From Gemmatimonadota bacterium (GTDB taxonomy: Bacteria > Gemmatimonadota > Gemmatimonadetes > Longimicrobiales > Gaopeijiaceae): a stretch of DNA of 64,000 bases. The position numbers were made by a program, and so were the translations under genes. The stretch covers positions 30,486 to 94,485 of the forward strand of contig JAJDXG010000045.1 of NCBI GenBank assembly GCA_022823365.1, given 5' to 3'. This document shows positions 56,385 through 63,769 of this stretch, piece by piece. A model generated the notes under the pieces. That model saw only the letters and a list, made by a program, of their open reading frames with translations, made no database searches and was not told the DNA's origin. Numbering within the stretch: the first letter of the stretch is position 1; each line of letters begins with the position of its first letter.

Positions 56385-57187
56385 CAGTGCTCCTCCCCTT
56401 CGGCGCCCTCTTCCTCCCAGGTGCGCGGCTCCCAGCCGGTCTGTTCGTAGAGGTAGATGGTCACCTGCCAGATCTCTTCGGCGGTAAGCAGGTCCTCCCA
56501 GGCGGGCATCGCCGAGTCCCAGGGCGTGGCCTCGCGCGGAAGTCCGGGGCCGCCCTTGGCGATGCGCCAGAAGACGAAGCTCTCCGTGAGCTGTACGATG
56601 GTGCCCGGGTCCTGGAAGCTGAGGGGCGCGGGGTTGAAGGCGCTGGCAAAGTGCCCTTGCCCGTCCAGTGCGTCGCCGTGGCAGGGCATGCAGTTCTGGA
56701 CGTAGATCCTCTTGCCTTCTTCGTAATGTTCCTCAAGGTCACCCTCGTGCCGGAGCGGGTTCTCGAGGCCGTTGAGGACCATGGTCTCGCCGCGGAAGTC
56801 GATCTGGCCCGGGGGCGCGGGGTGCACCGAACGCAGCGCGGCCGGCGCCGAGACCGTGGGCCGCACCCGGTCGAAGGTCATGAAGGCGACCAGCAGGGGA
56901 ATGGTGACCATGAGCGCTGTCCGCAGAACCTTCTGGCGCGGATCGACCATGACCCGGTGGATGGGGGCCTTGAACTGCTTCCAGCGCTCCTCGGAGTCGC
57001 TGACCCAGATCAGCACGCCCACAACCACGGTCCCCATGTACTGCAGGACCACGGTGGCGGGCACCGGCGCGCTGGCGACCCCGAAGAGGGGCGGCAGGAG
57101 CCAGATGCCCCATTCGAAGAGGACGTACGCCAGCACCACGACGATCGCCGCCTGGCCCAGCGGATGCTTCCAGGGCTTGGTGTTCAT
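56384..57187 (-). CDS. membrane-anchored monoheme cytochrome c
   Basis: About three N-terminal TM helices, then one CxxCH (CMPCH) in a class I-like domain (YVQNCMPCHG ... MPAW). GGGAGGAG precedes the ATG at 57187. Confidence 0.75.
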   Translation of the reverse strand: MNTKPWKHPLGQAAIVVVLAYVLFEWGIWLLPPLFGVASAPVPATVVLQYMGTVVVGVLIWVSDSEERWKQFKAPIHRVMVDPRQKVLRTALMVTIPLLVAFMTFDRVRPTVSAPAALRSVHPAPPGQIDFRGETMVLNGLENPLRHEGDLEEHYEEGKRIYVQNCMPCHGDALDGQGHFASAFNPAPLSFQDPGTIVQLTESFVFWRIAKGGPGLPREATPWDSAMPAWEDLLTAEEIWQVTIYLYEQTGWEPRTWEEEGAEGEEH

Positions 57188-57214
57188 CGATTCTCCTCCC
57201 TCAAGGCGCGCCTC

Positions 57215-58015
57215 CTATCTCTGCGATGCGATGAACTGCACGATCGCCTCGAGTTCGGCCGCCGGGATGTTCCCGAAGATCGGGGGCATTATCCCGAGCA
57301 TCGCCTCGAACCCCTCGGCCGCCGACGCGGTCGGATCGAGGATGGACGTCCGGATTTCGTCGGCGGTCAGGCGACTGCCCATGCCCTCGTAGGACGGTCC
57401 CAGCGGCGATTGCCCGGTGACCGCGTGGCAGGTGGCGCAGGTGTGCCGGGTCAGAAGCTCTTCCGGGTCGAGGGGCCCGGTCGGACCCAGCACCGGGGCG
57501 GCGGGCGCGCTCGCCACCACCCCGCCCGCGGCTGCCGCTCCACCGTCGTCTGCGAAATCCGCCCCCGAAACCGTGACCTCCCCTCCCAGGGACTGCAGGT
57601 AGGCCACCAGCGCCCAGATCTGCACGGAGGAGAGGGTGCGGCTCGCGTCCAGCATGATGGGCGCGAACCCCTCCACCAGGTAGGCGTTGGGGTCCACCAT
57701 CGACGTATGCAGGTACTGCTTGCAGTCCTCGCCCGCGACGCGGTTCGCGCAGCGCTCGCCGATGAGCCCGGTCCCCGCGTGGTCGGTGAGCAGGTTCGGC
57801 GCGCGCTCGCCCAGGCCGTGGCAGGCCGTGCAACCGCCGCCGCCGTTGTACAGCTCCTCGCCCGCCGCGATGAGCTCCTCGGGGGTGACGTCGTCCGACA
57901 ACACCAGATCCTCGGGCACGTCCGACTGGATCTGCGGGATGGCGTTGGCGACCCAGGTGAACACGCCCAGGCAGCCGATCACAACGGCCAGGATACTCAG
58001 GTTGGTCTTTAGCAT
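57215..58015 (-). CDS. membrane-anchored diheme cytochrome c
   Basis: One N-terminal TM helix and two class I domains with CTACH and CATCH, each followed by a distal Met region (PIM, IMPP). GGGGAGG precedes the ATG at 58015. Confidence 0.8.
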   Translation of the reverse strand: MLKTNLSILAVVIGCLGVFTWVANAIPQIQSDVPEDLVLSDDVTPEELIAAGEELYNGGGGCTACHGLGERAPNLLTDHAGTGLIGERCANRVAGEDCKQYLHTSMVDPNAYLVEGFAPIMLDASRTLSSVQIWALVAYLQSLGGEVTVSGADFADDGGAAAAGGVVASAPAAPVLGPTGPLDPEELLTRHTCATCHAVTGQSPLGPSYEGMGSRLTADEIRTSILDPTASAAEGFEAMLGIMPPIFGNIPAAELEAIVQFIASQR

Positions 58016-58024
58016 CTGCCTCCC

Positions 58025-59815
58025 CTATCCCTCGCTGGGTGCCGGCTGAAGTTCGCTCTGGATCCCGCCCGCGGCCGACGCCCGGCCCGCCGACGAAATC
58101 ACGGGTTTCTCGGCCAGCGAGCCCAGCCAGAAGATGAAGGCCACCAGCCCGAAGAAGATGAGCACGCAGGCCGAGATGACCACCGACGAATAGCCCAGCG
58201 CCGGGGTGGCGGCCCAGGGGCTGGTGTCGCGAATGACCTCGAAGACGTGCCAGTGCTGGCGGATGCCGCTGCGCGCGAAGCCCATGAGGCCCATCAGCCA
58301 GGTGAAGGTCACCGCCAGGATGAAAAGCGCGTACTGCGAGCGCTGCGGCATGCGGCCCCACTGGATCTCGCCTCTCGAGGTGGCGCCGCGGAGCATCAGC
58401 AGGTCGATGGTGATCACCCCGATGATGCACGCGAGCACCGTGAGTACCTGGTAGACCGAAAAGCCGATGCGCACGAGCGTCGGCACCATGTAGCCGTAGA
58501 TCCCGTAGAACAGCACGATCGCCGAGGCCACCACGAAGATCGCGCCCTGCACGATCGTGCCGGTGCGCGCCCACGGCACCACCGGTTCCTTGTTGGCGCG
58601 CCGGTAGAGCAGGAACGACAGGAAGGTGGTCAGGATCATGAAGTTGACCGCCGTGTTCTTGCCGCTCATCAGCCCGAGGACGCTGAGGAAGGGGTGGTGC
58701 GTGCCGCCCATCGCCGCAAACTCCTCGCGGCTGGCGATCATGGTGTTGGGCGTCGCCCACACGATCACGCCCACGATGAGCACGGCGAGCATGTACTTCG
58801 TATAGGGCATGAAGCGCTCCGCCCCGGGTATTCGGCCCATCCCCACCCACAGGTAATAGTTGCCGGCGAGGAACAGTATCCCGATCAGGAAGGCCTGGAT
58901 GATCCACAGCCAGCTCATGAAGCCGCCCATCATGGTGATGCCCATCTGCTGGTTGAACTCGTAGATCTCGCGGCCCAGCCAGTAGCCCGCGAAGGGCAGA
59001 ACGATGAGCGCGCCGATGGCGATCATGTTGCCCACGTAGCCCATCCAGTCGTAGTGCGCCCGCTCCTCGTCGCTCTTTGCGGCCAGGAAGCGGTACGCCG
59101 CGTAGGCGCCGACCACCGCCCCGCCGAACACGACGTTGGCGATCAGCCGGTGGATGTTGATCGGCATCCAGGTCGCGTTGGTGAGCGCCGACCACAACTG
59201 CACCATCTGCGGAGCCGTGTCGACGGTGACGTCGGCCGGCGGGCTCATCATGTAGGTCAGCCAGCCGTTGGCGATGAACATGACGATCGTGCCCCACACG
59301 TTCAGGGCGATGCCCAGCCCCCAGTGGAACCACTTGGCGCGACCCTTCTTCCAGCGGTCCCAGCCGTAGTAGTACAGGTAGAGCGTGAAGGACTCGAAGA
59401 AGAAGAGCCCCACGTAGATCCACATCGACAGGTTGAAGATCTGCGCGAGATAGCTGAACAGGGTGGGGTAGATGGTGACCAGCAGGAAGAGCAGGATGCC
59501 GCCCCAGATGGCGGTCGCGGAGTACGCTACCAGCAGGAGCCGGGTGAACTCCTTGGACAGCTTGTCGTAGCGCTCGTCCCCACCGAACATGCCGATCGCC
59601 TCGGTGACCACCGCGAACATAGGTACGCCCAGCACGAAGGCGGCGAAGAGCAGGTGCACCTGGGCGGCGACCCACACCGCCGCCCGCCCGCCGATGACCG
59701 GGAAGTCGCCGTAGTCGCGCCCGGCGGGCACCTGGGCGAACGCGGGCTCCGCCATCACCAGGAGGACGAGCGCGCCCAGCAGAAGGATGGGTCCGGCGCC
59801 GGAGCGCCACGTCAT
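58025..59815 (-). CDS. cytochrome bd-like CydA homologue (CydA-only; no CydB nearby)
   Basis: ORF 58025..59950, with the start moved to ATG 59815 (MTWRSGAGPILLLGALVLLV). It aligns by eye to E. coli CydA: QVHLLFAAFVLGVP (His19 region), GLFFFESFTLYLYYYGWDRW (Glu107/GWDR region), FIANGWLTYMMSPP and NIHRLIANVVFGG (His186 region). A long additional polytopic C-terminal half follows. Confidence 0.8.
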   Translation of the reverse strand: MTWRSGAGPILLLGALVLLVMAEPAFAQVPAGRDYGDFPVIGGRAAVWVAAQVHLLFAAFVLGVPMFAVVTEAIGMFGGDERYDKLSKEFTRLLLVAYSATAIWGGILLFLLVTIYPTLFSYLAQIFNLSMWIYVGLFFFESFTLYLYYYGWDRWKKGRAKWFHWGLGIALNVWGTIVMFIANGWLTYMMSPPADVTVDTAPQMVQLWSALTNATWMPINIHRLIANVVFGGAVVGAYAAYRFLAAKSDEERAHYDWMGYVGNMIAIGALIVLPFAGYWLGREIYEFNQQMGITMMGGFMSWLWIIQAFLIGILFLAGNYYLWVGMGRIPGAERFMPYTKYMLAVLIVGVIVWATPNTMIASREEFAAMGGTHHPFLSVLGLMSGKNTAVNFMILTTFLSFLLYRRANKEPVVPWARTGTIVQGAIFVVASAIVLFYGIYGYMVPTLVRIGFSVYQVLTVLACIIGVITIDLLMLRGATSRGEIQWGRMPQRSQYALFILAVTFTWLMGLMGFARSGIRQHWHVFEVIRDTSPWAATPALGYSSVVISACVLIFFGLVAFIFWLGSLAEKPVISSAGRASAAGGIQSELQPAPSEG

Positions 59816-59849
59816 ACCAGGTTTCGGCACGTTTCTCTCCGAGGTGATT

Positions 59850-61298
59850 TCAACTCCGGGGAGCATCGTTCTCCTCCGGAATATCGTCGCGCGACGCGGC
59901 CGCGGACATCTGTTTGCGTAGGAAGAAAGGCAGTCGCCTGGAGAAATCAACCGGCATGCCGCGGCGCACCTCCGCCATCACGTCGGCGGTCACATTCGTG
60001 TACCCGCGCTTGCGCGCGTACGACTCGACGCGCTCGGACACCACGCCGCGCACGAAACTGGGCACCACGGACAGGCGCGCGCGCGCCTCTTCGGTCCAGG
60101 GGAGCCCGGGGGCGGTGTCGTCGCCGTACACAACCGCTCGCCGCGGCTCGATGACCGCCCGGTCGCCGACCGGATCGTAGGCGCAGGAGTCGTCGGGACC
60201 GAGCAGGTCGCCGGTCAGCGCGTGGGCGCGCGCGCGGCAGCCCCCGCACACCGAACGGTACTCGCAGCGCCCGCACCGACCGCCCAGCTCCCCGCCGCGC
60301 AGCCGGGCGAAGACGGGGGACGACTCCCACACCTGGCGGAAGGGGGTGGTGGTGAGGTCGCCGGCGACCACCGGCGTGTAGGGACAGGGGGTCACCTTCC
60401 CTTCGGGGGTGATGCGGCAGTAGTGCACGCCGCACGGGCAGCGGGTGCCGTAGTTGAGCAGCGGCGATTCCTCCCCACCCTCGATCACGTGGCGCATGAT
60501 CTGCGGCTGGCACTTGGAACGCACCATCATGCGGCCCCGGTACTTGCGCTCGAGCTCCACCAGCTCGGCCAGCACCTCCTCGTTCTCTTCCGGAGAGAGG
60601 CCCTGCATGCGTTCCCCGCGCCCCGTCGGAACCAGGAAGTACAGGTTGAACGAGACCGCGCCCCGGCTCTCCGCCCAGGCGGCGATCCCGGCGACTTCCG
60701 CCCGGTTGCCCCGGGTTACGCTGGTCTGGACGATGAAGTCCAGACGGTGGGCGGCGAGCCGGTCCACCGCGGCCAGGGTGTCGGAGAGCGCCCCCGACCC
60801 GTGGCGGAAGCGGTCGTGGTAGGTGTCGACCAGCGAGTCCACGCTGACCGCGACCCCCTTCACCCCCGCCTCCATGAGCGACTCGATGCGGCGGTCGGTG
60901 AGGCGGGTGCCGTTGGTGCCCACCACCACGGTGGCCCCGCCGGCGCTCGCCCGGGCGGCGATCTCTTCCAGGTCGTCGCGCAGGAGGGGCTCCCCACCCG
61001 AGAGAATGAGCACCGGGTTCGGGTTGACCTCCAGAACCTGGTCGAGCACGCGATGACATTCCGCGGTGGACAGCTCCGTTTCGGCCAGGTGCCAAGCTCC
61101 CGCGGAGATGTAGCAGTGCGCGCACTCCAGGTTGCAGCGCCGGGTGAGATTCCACGCGACGATGTGCGGGAGACCCGGAGCCGCCCCCGAATCCGCCGAT
61201 ACGCCTTCCGCGACCCAGCGCAGGGAGGGAGTGGTGGAGGATTCGGAGAAGCCGTTCCGCCCGACCGTGGGCAGAACGGGAGCGCGCGGACGGGCCAT
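59850..61298 (-). CDS. radical SAM/SPASM-type enzyme (AhbD/NirJ-like) with C-terminal PCP_red-like domain
   Basis: ORF 59850..61712, with the start moved to ATG 61298, overlapping the upstream stop (TGATG). Radical SAM cluster site RRCNLECAHCY, GGEPLL, and auxiliary Cys clusters CPCGVHYC..CPY and CGRCEYRSVCGGCRA. The C-terminal LPWTEEARARLSVVPSFVRGVVSERVESYARKRGYTNVT resembles standalone PCP-reductase-family domains. Confidence 0.85.
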   Translation of the reverse strand: MARPRAPVLPTVGRNGFSESSTTPSLRWVAEGVSADSGAAPGLPHIVAWNLTRRCNLECAHCYISAGAWHLAETELSTAECHRVLDQVLEVNPNPVLILSGGEPLLRDDLEEIAARASAGGATVVVGTNGTRLTDRRIESLMEAGVKGVAVSVDSLVDTYHDRFRHGSGALSDTLAAVDRLAAHRLDFIVQTSVTRGNRAEVAGIAAWAESRGAVSFNLYFLVPTGRGERMQGLSPEENEEVLAELVELERKYRGRMMVRSKCQPQIMRHVIEGGEESPLLNYGTRCPCGVHYCRITPEGKVTPCPYTPVVAGDLTTTPFRQVWESSPVFARLRGGELGGRCGRCEYRSVCGGCRARAHALTGDLLGPDDSCAYDPVGDRAVIEPRRAVVYGDDTAPGLPWTEEARARLSVVPSFVRGVVSERVESYARKRGYTNVTADVMAEVRRGMPVDFSRRLPFFLRKQMSAAASRDDIPEENDAPRS

Positions 61299-63418
61299 CA
61301 AGCCTCGTCCCGCCGCATGAACTGCTCGACGGCCGCCTTGGCGTCGGCGGGACTCACGGTCTTGAAGTCGACGGGGCAGTCGTCGGCCTGCTCGACCACG
61401 TCCCGGATCGGGCAGCGGGTCACGCCGGACGCTTTGGCTTCCTCGATGAACTTGCGCATCTCCGGGGTCAGCCCGTCGACACCCTCGGCGGCGGCCTTCA
61501 GCTGCTTGGTCTGCAGCTCCCGGAACATGACCAGCATGGTGTCGGTGTCGAAGGTGTCCGCCTCCATCATGGCCTGCTTGTTCTCGTCCATGACCCGCGT
61601 GGTGATGCGCCAGAAGTCGTGGTCGCGGGCGAAGCGCTCCACGGTGTTGCGGGCCAGGGGGCGGGCGATGAGGGGCACCGCGCCCAGCCGGTCGAAGGCC
61701 TCCTCGGTCCATACCACCGGGTCGGCGGCCGTGCGCGTTCGCTCATGCACGTGCCCGGTGTAGGGGCACGTCACCTCGATGGTCGGGTTGGCGGGCGCCG
61801 CATCGGCGTCGCTGCCCTCCACCACCGTGCGCTTCATGGCTTCCGCCGCCTTCACCTCGGCCAGGGCGAGCTCCTCGGCCGTGCCGATCCCCATGATGAG
61901 CTGCATGTGGGTGGGCAGCAGCTTTGCGATCGCCTCGTCCAGCCACTTGCTGGTCACCATCGGCAGGGTGGCGCCGGTGTCGCGGCCCGGCTCCAGCACC
62001 GGCGGCTCGGCTCCGTTGGATCCGTTGGCCCGCGCGCCCCGGGCACCGTTCGCCCCGGCCCCGTTGGCACCGGCGGATCCGTTGGCCGCGGGCCGGGACG
62101 CATCTTCACCCGGGCGCCAGTTCTCCAGCACGTACTCCTCCACCGCCTTGCGGGCGATGCCGAGCGCGAAGGGCGGGACGCGCAGGATGCGGACCTCCGC
62201 CTCCGGCGCCCACTCGAGCCCCATCTCGCCGTCTTCCTCGATCCAGGGAATCTCCTCGGGACGAACGTCGGTGGTGCCGATGAGGAGGATGTTCGCGTTC
62301 GACTGCCTGAGCAGGTTGTGCGCCTGGGACCCCAGATCCGTGCCCTCGATGCGGTGCGCCCCGTGGCGCGCGAGGATCAGCAGGCTGGGATCGACCTCCT
62401 CGGCCCACTGCAGGATGACCTGGAAGGGCTTGCCGATGAGCACCTGGGTCTCGACTTCGACCTCCGGGTACTCCTCGGCCATGATGCGCGCCCGCTTCAC
62501 GTTCGCCTGGGCGAGCTTGAGCAGGCCCTTGTCGATGATGTTGTTGTGAAGCTCCTCCTGCTCCTCGAACTTGAAGATCTTCGAGGCCTGCACCGAGAGG
62601 ACGTCCTTGATGTTGCCGAAGACCGCGTGATGGTATTCGACATCGAACGACGAGCCCACGTAGAGCTTCGCCCCGTACTCCGACGCCATCTCCAGGGCGA
62701 GGCGCATGGCCTTGTAGCTGTATGCGGAGCCGTCCACGCACACCATGAAGCTGCCCCCGGCGAGCGGGCGCTCGTTGCGCACCACGAAGGCGTCCTTCTC
62801 CACCTTCTGCAGCACGCGCGCCACCACCCCGCCGAGCTGCGAGTAGGGCTGATAGCCGATCCCGTGCGCCCCGATCACCATCAGGTCGTAGGCGCGGCCG
62901 CTCGATCCCGCCAGCTTCTCGTCGTGCTCCTCGTCCTCTGCGACGATCCGACCGTCATCGCCGAGGCGCACGTCGCTGCGCACCTTGTCGCCCCCGTCGT
63001 AGCTCGAGGCGATGTTGGGGTCGAAGCCGATGAGGCTCGGCAGGTGACCCTCCCCTGAATTCACCTCGCTCACCAGCTCCTCGTAGTTGATGCCCTCGAG
63101 AAGCTGGCGCGTGAGCGGCACGCCGGCGTCCCGGCACCGCCGGTCCACCTGGTCCAGGAAGGAGTCCGAGATGAGCTGCAGCCCCTTCTCGATCAGCTTG
63201 TCGTGGATCTTGCGCTGGCGCTTGATCTCCTTCTCGGTCTGGAACTGGGCGGGAAGGCCGGTCTCCAGCTGGCGGAAGCGGATGTCGTGCAGGCGTGCGG
63301 CGTAGACGTGGTTTCCGGTGATCCGGCCCTCGGAACGGTTCGCGAGTTCGATGGCGCGATCCACCGCCCAGTCCGACCAGGGCGAGTTGTCCACCGGCAC
63401 GAAGATCTCACGGTACAT
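61298..63418 (-). CDS. tandem universal stress protein (USP) domains fused to two PCP_red-like domains and a Cys-containing C-terminal region
   Basis: USP-like starts MYREIFVPVDNSPWSDWAVDRAIELA and FMVCVDGSAYSYKAMRLALEMA, with ends DLMVIGAHG and LLILARHGAH..GSQAHNLLR. PCP_red-like segments LEWAPEAEVRILRVPPFALGIARKAVEEYV and VVWTEEAFDRLGAVPLIARPLARNTVERFA. Confidence 0.8.
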   Translation of the reverse strand: MYREIFVPVDNSPWSDWAVDRAIELANRSEGRITGNHVYAARLHDIRFRQLETGLPAQFQTEKEIKRQRKIHDKLIEKGLQLISDSFLDQVDRRCRDAGVPLTRQLLEGINYEELVSEVNSGEGHLPSLIGFDPNIASSYDGGDKVRSDVRLGDDGRIVAEDEEHDEKLAGSSGRAYDLMVIGAHGIGYQPYSQLGGVVARVLQKVEKDAFVVRNERPLAGGSFMVCVDGSAYSYKAMRLALEMASEYGAKLYVGSSFDVEYHHAVFGNIKDVLSVQASKIFKFEEQEELHNNIIDKGLLKLAQANVKRARIMAEEYPEVEVETQVLIGKPFQVILQWAEEVDPSLLILARHGAHRIEGTDLGSQAHNLLRQSNANILLIGTTDVRPEEIPWIEEDGEMGLEWAPEAEVRILRVPPFALGIARKAVEEYVLENWRPGEDASRPAANGSAGANGAGANGARGARANGSNGAEPPVLEPGRDTGATLPMVTSKWLDEAIAKLLPTHMQLIMGIGTAEELALAEVKAAEAMKRTVVEGSDADAAPANPTIEVTCPYTGHVHERTRTAADPVVWTEEAFDRLGAVPLIARPLARNTVERFARDHDFWRITTRVMDENKQAMMEADTFDTDTMLVMFRELQTKQLKAAAEGVDGLTPEMRKFIEEAKASGVTRCPIRDVVEQADDCPVDFKTVSPADAKAAVEQFMRRDEA

Positions 63419-63607
63419 GGCTGTCTCGATTCAGGGTTATCGAGGGACGAGGCGCTTGTGGTTCAGCCATGCGACGCTGGAGCGGCGGGTGCAGGGAGGC
63501 CCATCCGAGGGGGCCCTGCGGGCTGGAAGCGGTCCACTTGGTTGGGCAAGTCAGGCAGGGCCAAGTCCCCGAAGGCGGTCGCCGAAATGGTCGGCGTACA
63601 TAACATA

Positions 63608-63627
63608 AGCGGGCACCCGGGCCCGCT
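63608..63627 (-). terminator. candidate intrinsic terminator for the gene ending at 63770
   Basis: On the minus strand, AGCGGGC-ccgggt-GCCCGCT is followed by TATGTTATGT. It lies about 140 nt downstream of the stop at 63770 and about 190 nt upstream of the USP gene start. Confidence 0.35.
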
Positions 63628-63769
63628 CATCTGATCTCGTGTGTCGGCCCCCGCGGAGCCGGGCAAATTATACCGGAAATCGCTTGTCGATGTCAAACAC
63701 TGCGGAGGGGTCCGGCGGTGGCGCGCGAAGGGGAGGAATCCACTCCGGTGAGTTCGCCCCTCTGCCGCG

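Noticed and set aside
57201-60154. Long alternative-frame ORFs (57201..59810 minus, 58247..60154 plus) over the cytochrome c / CydA-like region
   Set aside because: Their Arg/Gly/His-rich composition is typical of off-frame translation in high-GC DNA. The chosen frames give TM helices, CxxCH sites and good SD/start contexts.
63426-63443. Inverted repeat TCGAT-(8 nt)-ATCGA immediately upstream of the USP gene start
   Set aside because: The arms are only 5 bp and such repeats are expected by chance in 64 kb. I noted it only because it occupies the position where a Shine-Dalgarno sequence is missing.
63684-63696. TTGTCGATGTCAA upstream of the respiratory operon, considered as an FNR/CRP-type box
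   Set aside because: It is not a true inverted repeat and has the wrong spacing for TTGAT-N4-ATCAA. It is closer to a short direct TGTC repeat.
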